A stretch of 64,000 bases of DNA from Haliotis rufescens (lineage: Eukaryota), in contig NW_025964383.1 of NCBI RefSeq assembly GCF_023055435.1, forward strand, positions 17,298,001-17,362,000, in the 5' to 3' direction. The notes under the pieces were generated by a model. That model was not told where the DNA came from. It worked only from the letters and a program-made list of their open reading frames with translations, and searched no databases. The position numbers and the translations under genes were made by a program. Position 1 is the first letter of the stretch. Each line of letters opens with the position of its first letter. This document shows positions 1 to 13,037 of the stretch, piece by piece.

Positions 1-281
1 AGTTGTTGGAGGAGTTGGCTGTCATCTTCCGCATCAGATGGTAGACTTGGGTATCTGAAAACAATAAAACGGGTAATTAGAAATCTCGCTAAATGTGTTC
101 ACAACAATGTCATTTTATTTTGTTCAATTCTAAAATTCAGTGTGATACCAATATTGCCATGTTTGCAGGGGACTGAAAAAGAGCACAGTTCATATTTACC
201 TAATGTCAGGATCTCTTTCACTGCATTGTCGTGGGCAATAAGGAGACGTCTCAGCTTGATGGCAACTTGAACTGGATCCAT
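1..281 (-). CDS. Array gene, partial copy (exon 1 at 281-200; exon 2 starts at 54 and is cut by the window edge)
   Basis: Same sequence as the complete copies; ATG at 281, donor AG|GTAAAT at 200/199, acceptor TTTTCAG| at 55/54. Confidence 0.75.
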
Positions 282-398
282 TTTCTAGGGCCTTCGGACA
301 CAACACTAGAATGCAGTCGGATGAAATACTACAGGAATTCAGTAGCGCCAAATTTGGATAATTGGAAAGTAGATGTGTTCGTTCTCACGGATTGAGAT

Positions 399-637
399 GA
401 AGTGAAGGACTCCAGTCCGCGCAAAACATTTATACTGACCCTTAGTATAAACATAGTAGTGGAGATTTATAGATCAAAGAGAGCATTTTCGAAGCCAGTG
501 GCGAGATCAAAGCTACACTGCAACTTCATTAGGCTTTGATCCGAAAGGAATCTCACTGTCCACTTGAGAAACCAATCAACTTCTTGTCAAAACAAGTTTC
601 CGTATAAAGGGAGAGGTCTGAGAAGAGTTCAACCAAT
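399..637 (-). promoter_or_regulatory. Pol II promoter of the array gene (representative; present in every unit): Inr TCACTTC 405-399, TATAAAT 434-428, TCF/LEF-type sites 471-479, 504-512 and 534-541, CCAAT 572-576 and 633-637
   Basis: The first T of TATAAAT (434) lies 31 nt upstream of the Inr A (403). AGATCAAAG twice, CTTTGATC once and CCAAT twice are read directly from the sequence. Confidence 0.7.
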
Positions 638-2053
638 CTAGTCCTGTTATCTCCAGGGATTATCAATCATTGTTAATTGATTAAATCGGGATTGATCAAA
701 CGGCGCAGTACGTTGTGATACTTAAAAATCCGATGTGGTTACTTTCGCATCCACAGAAACCAAGTCACAGAAACTTCTATCAGCTTGGAAATCGTGTGAT
801 GCTTCTCTGAACGTTTAGTTTAATTAAAAAACCCGAGAAAACCATGTCCACAATCCTAAGAAATCCTTACTCTGGTAGGCAAAGGCAAAGTGAATAAATG
901 TACAGTCAAATCTTGAACTTATTGTACACATCTGTTTGAGGTCGTGAATGCTATGATAATCTGACCATTTTCCCAACCCGTCTTACATGATCGAAATACA
1001 GCACGTATGTTTTGAAGCATTTCAAATACTATTTTTTATGAATACCATCATCATGGTATAATTGAAGCAGCTCATTTGGCTTAAGTATCTGGATATTAAC
1101 CATCTTAGAAGCTTTTGGATGGACGTCGGCTACTTAAAAGGTTACTATATAAATAAATAAATAGGCATGTACAATAAAGTTTATGTGTGTTAAATGATCT
1201 AGAGACATCATCTTCAGTGTATAACTGTCATGTTTTTGGGAGAATTACAAAGCACGGTGTCATGATTTATATCTTTGAATACAGAATGCTGTTAAAGCAC
1301 ATAATGGAAATTGGAGTATGTTGCTAGATAAACATAAGCACGTTGTTAGCATTGTTTTTGAAAGATGCCCACTGTTTCATGTCAGGATATTCTGATCTTT
1401 ACTTTTTAGTGCCTTTCAGGGGAATAGTATTCATCAAGTGCTGACTTGGATCAGAAATGTTATTTGGCCTGTGTTGATGTCAATGTTTCAATTTCCTTTT
1501 GTTTTCCATGCTGTCTACATTGACAATTTTTAACATGCATGACTCTCTCCTTAAGCACTTGGGCATGTACATTTCAAAAGGAAAGAGAAACAATTAAATG
1601 CTCTGATAATATGAAATACAACATGACATATATATCTCGCAGATCAATATCATATGGGGTTGTGGTTCGTCTGTCTAAATCCTTTTGCTATAGGATCGGC
1701 ATGGATACGGAAAACGAATTGCAACGTTCCAAACTGTATTTAATGTTATGGTGCAACCATTACATTGGAATCTCTTCTTCTCCATCATACCTAATGTCCA
1801 AATGTGTTTCATTTCAATTGATCTTATATTCAATAGTCTGTATCTTTTTCCTATTTCAAAGAATAGATTAAGGACGATATCTGCGAATGCTTGCCATACT
1901 CAGAACCTAGTAAAATGATCGAAGGCTTGGTATTGTGAGATACCATCTCAAATTAACCTTTTCTCTCTCTCACAAACTTTCTATACGAATGATGTCTTCA
2001 AGATGTCGTGAGCGTGTCAGCAAATGATCAATATTATAATATCGACTTCATTA

Positions 2054-2059
2054 TTTATT
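2054..2059 (-). terminator. AATAAA polyadenylation signal of the array gene (representative)
   Basis: TTTATT on the + strand, about 150 nt downstream of the TAA stop at 2213-2211. Confidence 0.6.
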
Positions 2060-2210
2060 TCCTCAGCATATTCATCAACAAACAAATGTGGTTTACAATA
2101 TAATAGGATGCCCTTTGCACACTGTCAGGCAACATTTGTGTACAATAACAAAAAATGAATAACAAGGTAAATGCAGCACTAGTTGATGTGGATGGGACTT
2201 GTGATTTCCC

Positions 2211-2832
2211 TTAGGCGTTTCTATGAAGTGCACTGTCGTCTACAGACAAAGCTCGACTGAGAGTCGTCATATCGTAGCTGCTGTCGTTGCTGTATAGGTC
2301 TCCCTGGTCTTCGTCGTCCTCACTATATGAGCTGTCGGACAAGAGTTCCGTGAAGGAAGCTTCATCATCGTTGAAAGAGGTATCTGCATTCCAGTCCGCC
2401 TCCGAATCACTCTCTGCAGAAGCATCTTTGGTGATGGCGTTTACACAGGCTTGCACCTCTTGCCACTTGAGTTGTCTGTAGATGGTAAACATCTCCTTGA
2501 CACCTTCCAGCACCCATCGTCTCTGGATCAGCTGTTCACCTCGGATTATGCAGTTGTTGGAGGAGTTGGCTGTCATCTTCCGCATCAGATGGTAGACTTG
2601 GGTATCTGAAAACAATAAAACGGGTAATTAGAAATCTCGCTAAATGTGTTCACAACAATGTCATTTTATTTTGTTCAATTCTAAAATTCAGTGTGATACC
2701 AATATTGCCATGTTTGCAGGGGACTGAAAAAGAGCACAGTTCATATTTACCTAATGTCAGGATCTCTTTCACTGCATTGTCGTGGGCAATAAGGAGACGT
2801 CTCAGCTTGATGGCAACTTGAACTGGATCCAT
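2211..2832 (-). CDS. Array gene copy 1: complement(join(2211..2605,2751..2832)), 158-aa uncharacterised protein, helical N-terminal half and acidic Ser/Asp-rich C-terminal tail
   Basis: 82-nt exon 1 (MDPVQVAIKLRRLLIAHDNAVKEILTL plus G) and 395-nt exon 2 (AT ACC CAA...) join as G|AT = Asp in frame. Total is 477 nt = 158 aa plus stop. Confidence 0.8.
2606..2750 (-). other. 145-bp phase-1 spliceosomal intron (representative)
   Basis: Donor TTAG|GTAAAT, branch-like CTAAT about 25 nt before the acceptor, T-rich tract GTTTTATTGTTTTCAG|. Confidence 0.8.
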
Positions 2833-4761
2833 TTTCTAGGGCCTTCGGACACAACACTAGAATGCAGTCGGATGAAATACTACAGGAATTCAGTAGCGCC
2901 AAATTTGGATAATTGGAAAGTAGATGTGTTCGTTCTCACGGATTGAGATGAAGTGAAGGACTCCAGTCCGCGCAAAACATTTATACTGACCCTTAGTATA
3001 AACATAGTAGTGGAGATTTATAGATCAAAGAGAGCATTTTCGAAGCCAGTGGCGAGATCAAAGCTACACTGCAACTTCATTAGGCTTTGATCCGAAAGGA
3101 ATCTCACTGTCCACTTGAGAAACCAATCAACTTCTTGTCAAAACAAGTTTCCGTATAAAGGGAGAGGTCTGAGAAGAGTTCAACCAATCTAGTCCTGTTA
3201 TCTCCAGGGATTATCAATCATTGTTAATTGATTAAATCGGGATTGATCAAACGGCGCAGTACGTTGTGATACTTAAAAATCCGATGTGGTTACTTTCGCA
3301 TCCACAGAAACCAAGTCACAGAAACTTCTATCAGCTTGGAAATCGTGTGATGCTTCTCTGAACGTTTAGTTTAATTAAAAAACCCGAGAAAACCATGTCC
3401 ACAATCCTAAGAAATCCTTACTCTGGTAGGCAAAGGCAAAGTGAATAAATGTACAGTCAAATCTTGAACTTATTGTACACATCTGTTTGAGGTCGTGAAT
3501 GCTATGATAATCTGACCATTTTCCCAACCCGTCTTACATGATCGAAATACAGCACGTATGTTTTGAAGCATTTCAAATACTATTTTTTATGAATACCATC
3601 ATCATGGTATAATTGAAGCAGCTCATTTGGCTTAAGTATCTGGATATTAACCATCTTAGAAGCTTTTGGATGGACGTCGGCTACTTAAAAGGTTACTATA
3701 TAAATAAATAAATAGGCATGTACAATAAAGTTTATGTGTGTTAAATGATCTAGAGACATCATCTTCAGTGTATAACTGTCATGTTTTTGGGAGAATTACA
3801 AAGCACGGTGTCATGATTTATATCTTTGAATACAGAATGCTGTTAAAGCACATGATGGAAATTGGAGTATGTTGCTAGATAAACATAAGCACGTTGTTAG
3901 CATTGTTTTTGAAAGATGCCCACTGTTTCATGTCAGGATATTCTGATCTTTACTTTTTAGTGCCTTTCAGGGGAATAGTATTCATCAAGTGCTGACTTGG
4001 ATCAGAAATGTTATTTGGCCTGTGTTGATGTCAATGTTTCAATTTCCTTTTGTTTTCCATGCTGTCTACATTGACAATTTTTAACATGCATGACTCTCTC
4101 CTTAAGCACTTGGGCATGTACATTTCAAAAGGAAAGAGAAACAATTAAATGCTCTGATAATATGAAATACAACATGACATATATATCTCGCAGATCAATA
4201 TCATATGGGGTTGTGGTTCGTCTGTCTAAATCCTTTTGCTATAGGATCGGCATGGATACGGAAAACGAATTGCAACGTTCCAAACTGTATTTAATGTTAT
4301 GGTGCAACCATTACATTGGAATCTCTTCTTCTCCATCATACCTAATGTCCAAATGTGTTTCATTTCAATTGATCTTATATTCAATAGTCTGTATCTTTTT
4401 CCTATTTCAAAGAATAGATTAAGGACGATATCTGCGAATGATTGCCATACTCAGAACCAAGTAAAATGATCGAAGGCTTGGTATTGTGAGATACCATCTC
4501 AAATTAACCTTTTCTCTCTCTCACAAACTTTCTATACGAATGATGTCTTCAAGATGTCGTGAGCGTGTCAGCAAATGATCAATATTATAATATCGACTTC
4601 ATTATTTATTTCCTCAGCATATTCATCAACAAACAAATGTGGTTTACAATATAATAGGATGCCCTTTGCACACTGTCAGGCAACATTTGTGTACAATAAC
4701 AAAAAATGAATAACAAGGTAAATGCAGCACTAGTTGATGTGGATGGGACTTGTGATTTCCC

Positions 4762-5383
4762 TTAGGCGTTTCTATGAAGTGCACTGTCGTCTACAGACAA
4801 AGCTCGACTGAGAGTCGTCATATCGTAGCTGCTGTCGTTGCTGTATAGGTCTCCCTGGTCTTCGTCGTCCTCACTATATGAGCTGTCGGACAAGAGTTCC
4901 GTGAAGGAAGCTTCATCATCGTTGAAAGAGGTATCTGCATTCCAGTCCGCCTCCGAATCACTCTCTGCAGAAGCATCTTTGGTGATGGCGTTTACACAGG
5001 CTTGCACCTCTTGCCACTTGAGTTGTCTGTAGATGGTAAACATCTCCTTGACACCTTCCAGCACCCATCGTCTCTGGATCAGCTGTTCACCTCGGATTAT
5101 GCAGTTGTTGGAGGAGTTGGCTGTCATCTTCCGCATCAGATGGTAGACTTGGGTATCTGAAAACAATAAAACGGGTAATTAGAAATCTCGCTAAATGTGT
5201 TCACAACAATGTCATTTTATTTTGTTCAATTCTAAAATTCAGTGTGATACCAATATTGCCATGTTTGCAGGGGACTGAAAAAGAGCACAGTTCATATTTA
5301 CCTAATGTCAGGATCTCTTTCACTGCATTGTCGTGGGCAATAAGGAGACGTCTCAGCTTGATGGCAACTTGAACTGGATCCAT
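4762..5383 (-). CDS. Array gene copy 2 (two exons, 158 aa)
   Basis: Same structure and protein as copy 1. Confidence 0.78.
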
Positions 5384-7312
5384 TTTCTAGGGCCTTCGGA
5401 CACAACACTAGAATGCAGTCGGATGAAATACTACAGGAATTCAGTAGCGCCAAATTTGGATAATTGGAAAGTAGATGTGTTCGTTCTCACGGATTGAGAT
5501 GAAGTGAAGGACTCCAGTCCGCGCAAAACATTTATACTGACCCTTAGTATAAACATAGTAGTGGAGATTTATAGATCAAAGAGAGCATTTTCGAAGCCAG
5601 TGGCGAGATCAAAGCTACACTGCAACTTCATTAGGCTTTGATCCGAAAGGAATCTCACTGTCCACTTGAGAAACCAATCAACTTCTTGTCAAAACAAGTT
5701 TCCGTATAAAGGGAGAGGTCTGAGAAGAGTTCAACCAATCTAGTCCTGTTATCTCCAGGGATTATCAATCATTGTTAATTGATTAAATCGGGATTGATCA
5801 AACGGCGCAGTACGTTGTGATACTTAAAAATCCGATGTGGTTACTTTCGCATCCACAGAAACCAAGTCACAGAAACTTCTATCAGCTTGGAAATCGTGTG
5901 ATGCTTCTCTGAACGTTTAGTTTAATTAAAAAACCCGAGAAAACCATGTCCACAATCCTAAGAAATCCTTACTCTGGTAGGCAAAGGCAAAGTGAATAAA
6001 TGTACAGTCAAATCTTGAACTTATTGTACACATCTGTTTGAGGTCGTCAATGCTATGATAATCTGACCATTTTCCCAACCCGTCTTACATGATCGAAATA
6101 CAGCACGTATGTTTTGAAGCATTTCAAATACTATTTTTTATGAATACCATCATCATGGTATAATTGAAGCAGCTCATTTGGCTTAAGTATCTGGATATTA
6201 ACCATCTTAGAAGCTTTTGGATGGACGTCGGCTACTTAAAAGGTTACTATATAAATAAATAAATAGGCATGTACAATAAAGTTTATGTGTGTTAAATGAT
6301 CTAGAGACATCATCTTCAGTGTATAACTGTCATGTTTTTGGGAGAATTACAAAGCACGGTGTCATGATTTATATCTTTGAATACAGAATGCTGTTAAAGC
6401 ACATGATGGAAATTGGAGTATGTTGCTAGATAAACATAAGCACGTTGTTAGCATTGTTTTTGAAAGATGCCCACTGTTTCATGTCAGGATATTCTGATCT
6501 TTACTTTTTAGTGCCTTTCAGGGGAATAGTATTCATCAAGTGCTGACTTGGATCAGAAATGTTATTTGGCCTGTGTTGATGTCAATGTTTCAATTTCCTT
6601 TTGTTTTCCATGCTGTCTACATTGACAATTTTTAACATGCATGACTCTCTCCTTAAGCACTTGGGCATGTACATTTCAAAAGGAAAGAGAAACAATTAAA
6701 TGCTCTGATAATATGAAATACAACATGACATATATATCTCGCAGATCAATATCATATGGGGTTGTGGTTCGTCTGTCTAAATCCTTTTGCTATAGGATCG
6801 GCATGGATACGGAAAACGAATTGCAACGTTCCAAACTGTATTTAATGTTATGGTGCAACCATTACATTGGAATCTCTTCTTCTCCATCATACCTAATGTC
6901 CAAATGTGTTTCATTTCAATTGATCTTATATTCAATAGTCTGTATCTTTTTCCTATTTCAAAGAATAGATTAAGGACGATATCTGCGAATGATTGCCATA
7001 CTCAGAACCAAGTAAAATGATCGAAGGCTTGGTATTGTGAGATACCATCTCAAATTAACCTTTTCTCTCTCTCACAAACTTTCTATACGAATGATGTCTT
7101 CAAGATGTCGTGAGCGTGTCAGCAAATGATCAATATTATAATATCGACTTCATTATTTATTTCCTCAGCATATTCATCAACAAACAAATGTGGTTTACAA
7201 TATAATAGGATGCCCTTTGCACACTGTCAGGCAACATTTGTGTACAATAACAAAAAATGAATAACAAGGTAAATGCAGCACTAGTTGATGTGGATGGGAC
7301 TTGTGATTTCCC

Positions 7313-7934
7313 TTAGGCGTTTCTATGAAGTGCACTGTCGTCTACAGACAAAGCTCGACTGAGAGTCGTCATATCGTAGCTGCTGTCGTTGCTGTATAGG
7401 TCTCCCTGGTCTTCGTCGTCCTCACTATATGAGCTGTCGGACAAGAGTTCCGTGAAGGAAGCTTCATCATCGTTGAAAGAGGTATCTGCATTCCAGTCCG
7501 CCTCCGAATCACTCTCTGCAGAAGCATCTTTGGTGATGGCGTTTACACAGGCTTGCACCTCTTGCCACTTGAGTTGTCTGTAGATGGTAAACATCTCCTT
7601 GACACCTTCCAGCACCCATCGTCTCTGGATCAGCTGTTCACCTCGGATTATGCAGTTGTTGGAGGAGTTGGCTGTCATCTTCCGCATCAGATGGTAGACT
7701 TGGGTATCTGAAAACAATAAAACGGGTAATTAGAAATCTCGCTAAATGTGTTCACAACAATGTCATTTTATTTTGTTCAATTCTAAAATTCAGTGTGATA
7801 CCAATATTGCCATGTTTGCAGGGGACTGAAAAAGAGCACAGTTCATATTTACCTAATGTCAGGATCTCTTTCACTGCATTGTCGTGGGCAATAAGGAGAC
7901 GTCTCAGCTTGATGGCAACTTGAACTGGATCCAT
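7313..7934 (-). CDS. Array gene copy 3 (two exons, 158 aa)
   Basis: Same structure and protein as copy 1. Confidence 0.78.
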
Positions 7935-9863
7935 TTTCTAGGGCCTTCGGACACAACACTAGAATGCAGTCGGATGAAATACTACAGGAATTCAGTAGCG
8001 CCAAATTTGGATAATTGGAAAGTAGATGTGTTCGTTCTCACGGATTGAGATGAAGTGAAGGACTCCAGTCCGCGCAAAACATTTATACTGACCCTTAGTA
8101 TAAACATAGTAGTGGAGATTTATAGATCAAAGAGAGCATTTTCGAAGCCAGTGGCGAGATCAAAGCTACACTGCAACTTCATTAGGCTTTGATCCGAAAG
8201 GAATCTCACTGTCCACTTGAGAAACCAATCAACTTCTTGTCAAAACAAGTTTCCGTATAAAGGGAGAGGTCTGAGAAGAGTTCAACCAATCTAGTCCTGT
8301 TATCTCCAGGGATTATCAATCATTGTTAATTGATTAAATCGGGATTGATCAAACGGCGCAGTACGTTGTGATACTTAAAAATCCGATGTGGTTACTTTCG
8401 CATCCACAGAAACCAAGTCACAGAAACTTCTATCAGCTTGGAAATCGTGTGATGCTTCTCTGAACGTTTAGTTTAATTAAAAAACCCGAGAAAACCATGT
8501 CCACAATCCTAAGAAATCCTTACTCTGGTAGGCAAAGGCAAAGTGAATAAATGTACAGTCAAATCTTGAACTTATTGTACACATCTTTTTGAGGTCGTCA
8601 ATGCTATGATAATCTGACCATTTTCCCAACCCGTCTTACATGATCGAAATACAGCACGTATGTTTTGAAGCATTTCAAATACTATTTTTTATGAATACCA
8701 TCATCATGGTATAATTGAAGCAGCTCATTTGGCTTAAGTATCTGGATATTAACCATCTTAGAAGCTTTTGGATGGACGTCGGCTACTTAAAAGGTTACTA
8801 TATAAATAAATAAATAGGCATGTACAATAAAGTTTATGTGTGTTAAATGATCTAGAGACATCATCTTCAGTGTATAACTGTCATGTTTTTGGGAGAATTA
8901 CAAAGCACGGTGTCATGATTTATATCTTTGAATACAGAATGCTGTTAAAGCACATGATGGAAATTGGAGTATGTTGCTAGATAAACATAAGCACGTTGTT
9001 AGCATTGTTTTTGAAAGATGCCCACTGTTTCATGTCAGGATATTCTGATCTTTACTTTTTAGTGCCTTTCAGGGGAATAGTATTCATCAAGTGCTGACTT
9101 GGATCAGAAATGTTATTTGGCCTGTGTTGATGTCAATGTTTCAATTTCCTTTTGTTTTCCATGCTGTCTACATTGACAATTTTTAACATGCATGACTCTC
9201 TCCTTAAGCACTTGGGCATGTACATTTCAAAAGGAAAGAGAAACAATTAAATGCTCTGATAATATGAAATACAACATGACATATATATCTCGCAGATCAA
9301 TATCATATGGGGTTGTGGTTCGTCTGTCTAAATCCTTTTGCTATAGGATCGGCATGGATACGGAAAACGAATTGCAACGTTCCAAACTGTATTTAATGTT
9401 ATGGTGCAACCATTACTTTGGAATCTCTTCTTCTCCATCATACCTAATGTCCAAATGTGTTTCATTTCAATTGATCTTATATTCAATAGTCTGTATCTTT
9501 TTCCTATTTCAAAGAATAGATTAAGGACGATATCTGCGAATGATTGCCATACTCAGAACCAAGTAAAATGATCGAAGGCTTGGTATTGTGAGATACCATC
9601 TCAAATTAACCTTTTCTCTCTCTCACAAACTTTCTATACGAATGATGTCTTCAAGATGTCGTGAGCGTGTCAGCAAATGATCAATATTATAATATCGACT
9701 TCATTATTTATTTCCTCAGCATATTCATCAACAAACAAATGTGGTTTACAATATAATAGGATGCCCTTTGCACACTGTCAGGCAACATTTGTGTACAATA
9801 ACAAAAAATGAATAACAAGGTAAATGCAGCACTAGTTGATGTGGATGGGACTTGTGATTTCCC

Positions 9864-10485
9864 TTAGGCGTTTCTATGAAGTGCACTGTCGTCTACAGAC
9901 AAAGCTCGACTGAGAGTCGTCATATCGTAGCTGCTGTCGTTGCTGTATAGGTCTCCCTGGTCTTCGTCGTCCTCACTATATGAGCTGTCGGACAAGAGTT
10001 CCGTGAAGGAAGCTTCATCGTCATTGAAAGAGGTATCTGCATTCCAGTCCGCCTCCGAATCACTCTCTGCAGAAGCATCTTTGGTGATGGCGTTTACACA
10101 GGCTTGCACCTCTTGCCACTTGAGTTGTCTGTAGATGGTAAACATCTCCTTGACACCTTCCAGCACCCATCGTCTCTGGATCAGCTGTTCACCTCGGATT
10201 ATGCAGTTGTTGGAGGACTTGGCTGTCATCTTCCGCATCAGATGGTAGACTTGGGTATCTGAAAACAATAAAACGGGTAATTAGAAATCTCGCTAAATGT
10301 GTTCACAACAATGTCATTTTATTTTGTTCAATTCTAAAATTCAGTGTGATACCAATATTGCCATGTTTGCAGGGGACTGAAAAAGAGCACAGTTCATATT
10401 TACCTAATGTCAGGATCTCTTTCACTGCATTGTCGTGGGCAATAAGGAGACGTCTCAGCTTGATGGCAACTTGAACTGGATCCAT
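9864..10485 (-). CDS. Array gene copy 4 (158 aa, TANSS to TAKSS variant)
   Basis: Same structure; one amino-acid change visible in the ORF track. Confidence 0.78.
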
Positions 10486-12415
10486 TTTCTAGGGCCTTCG
10501 GACACAACACTAGAATGCAGTCGGATGAAATACTACAGGAATTCAGTAGCGCCAAATTTGGATAATTGGAAAGTAGATGTGTTCGTTCTCACGGATTGAG
10601 ATGAAGTGAAGGACTCCAGTCCGCGCAAAACATTTATACTGACCCTTAGTATAAACATAGTAGTGGAGATTTATAGATCAAAGAGAGCATTTTCGAAGCC
10701 AGTGGCGAGATCAAAGCTACACTGCAACTTCATTAGGCTTTGATCCGAAAGGAATCTCACTGTCCACTTGAGAAACCAATCAACTTCTTGTCAAAACAAG
10801 TTTCCGTATAAAGGGAGAGGTCTGAGAAGAGTTCAACCAATCTAGTCCTGTTATCTCCAGGGATTATCAATCATTGTTAATTGATTAAATCGGGATTGAT
10901 CAAACGGCGCAGTACGTTGTGATACTTAAAAATCCGATGTGGTTACTTTCGCATCCACAGAAACCAAGTCACAGAAACTTCTATCAGCTTGGAAATCGTG
11001 TGATGCTTCTCTGAACGTTTAGTTTCAATTAAAAAACCCGAGAAAACCATGTCCACAATCCTAAGAAATCCTTACTCTGGTAGGCAAAGGCAAAGTGAAT
11101 AAATGTACAGTCAAATCTTGAACTTATTGTACACATCTGTTTGAGGTCGTAAATGCTATGATAATCTGACCATTTTCCCAACCCGTCTTACATGATCGAA
11201 ATACAGCACGTATGTTTTGAAGCATTTCAAATACTATTTTTTATGAATACCATCATCATGGTATAATTGAAGCAGCTCATTTGGCTTAAGTATCTGGATA
11301 TTAACCATCTTAGAAGCTTTTGGATGGACGTCGGCTACTTAAAAGGTTACTATATAAATAAATAAATAGGCATGTACAATAAAGTTTATGTGTGTTAAAT
11401 GATCTAGAGACATCATCTTCAGTGTATAACTGTCATGTTTTTGGGAGAATTACAAAGCACGGTGTCATGATTTATATCTTTGAATACAGAATGCTGTTAA
11501 AGCACATGATGGAAATTGGAGTATGTTGCTAGATAAACATAAGCACGTTGTTAGCATTGTTTTTGAAAGATGCCCACTGTTTCATGTCAGGATATTCTGA
11601 TCTTTACTTTTTAGTGCCTTTCAGGGGAATAGTATTCATCAAGTGCTGACTTGGATCAGAAATGTTATTTGGCCTGTGTTGATGTCAATGTTTCAATTTC
11701 CTTTTGTTTTCCATGCTGTCTACATTGACAATTTTTAACATGCATGACTCTCTCCTTAAGCACTTGGGCATGTACATTTCAAAAGGAAAGAGAAACAATT
11801 AAATGCTCTGATAATATGAAATACAACATGACATATATATCTCGCAGATCAATATCATATGGGGTTGTGGTTCGTCTGTCTAAATCCTTTTGCTATAGGA
11901 TCGGCATGGATACGGAAAACGAATTGCAACGTTCCAAACTGTATTTAATATTATGGTGCAACCATTACATTGGAATCTCTTCTTCTCCATCATACCTAAT
12001 GTCCAAATGTGTTTCATTTCAATTGATCTTATATTCAATAGTCTGTATCTTTTTCCTATTTCAAAGAATAGATTAAGGACGATATCTGCGAATGCTCTCC
12101 ATACTCAGAACCAAGTAAAATGATCGAAGGCTTGGTATTGTGAGATACCATCTCAAATTAACCTTTTCTCTCTCTCACAAACTTTCTATACGAATGATGT
12201 CTTCAAGATGTCGTGAGCGTGTCAGCAAATGATCAATATTATAATATCGACTTCATTATTTATTTCCTCAGCATATTCATCAACAAACAAATGTGGTTTA
12301 CAATATAATAGGATGCCCTTTGCACACTGTCAGGCAACATTTGTGTACAATAACAAAAAATGAATAACAAGGTAAATGCAGCACTAGTTGATGTGGATGG
12401 GACTTGTGATTTCCC

Positions 12416-13037
12416 TTAGGCGTTTCTATGAAGTGCACTGTCGTCTACAGACAAAGCTCGACTGAGAGTCGTCATATCGTAGCTGCTGTCGTTGCTGTAT
12501 AGGTCTCCCTGGTCTTCGTCGTCCTCACTATATGAGCTGTCGGACAAGAGTTCCGTGAAGGAAGCTTCATCATCGTTGAAAGAGGTATCTGCATTCCAGT
12601 CCGCCTCCGAATCACTCTCTGCAGAAGCATCTTTGGTGATGGCGTTTACACAGGCTTGCACCTCTTGCCACTTGAGTTGTCTGTAGATGGTAAACATCTC
12701 CTTGACACCTTCCAGCACCCATCGTCTCTGGATCAGCTGTTCACCTCGGATTATGCAGTTGTTGGAGGAGTTGGCTGTCATCTTCCGCATCAGATGGTAG
12801 ACTTGGGTATCTGAAAACAATAAAACGGGTAATTAGAAATCTCGGTAAATGTGTTCACAACAATGTCATTTTATTTTGTTCAATTCTAAAATTCAGTGTG
12901 ATACCAATATTGCCATGTTTGCAGGGGACTGAAAAAGAGCACAGTTCATATTTACCTAATGTCAGGATCTCTTTCACTGCATTGTCGTGGGCAATAAGGA
13001 GACGTCTCAGCTTGATGGCAACTTGAACTGGATCCAT
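12416..13037 (-). CDS. Array gene copy 5 (two exons, 158 aa)
   Basis: Same structure and protein as copy 1. Confidence 0.78.

Noticed and set aside
1539-1871. 110-aa + strand ORF repeated in each unit
   Set aside because: No recognisable domain, composition typical of AT-rich non-coding DNA, and a premature stop in the copy at 56804. Its recurrence only reflects the repeat.
640-2040. rRNA, 5S, tRNA, snRNA, spliced-leader or histone gene in the unit as the LINE target
   Set aside because: No recognisable sequence of these classes by eye, only short palindromes. An Infernal/Rfam scan would be needed to exclude a divergent ncRNA.
2287-2481. 64-aa Ser-rich + strand ORF
   Set aside because: Antisense shadow of the acidic exon 2, with a non-ATG start.
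2211-2832. The 60-aa and 134-aa ORFs as two separate genes
   Set aside because: The 134-aa ORF starts at a TTG inside the acceptor tract and the 60-aa ORF reads into the intron. A single spliced gene explains both.
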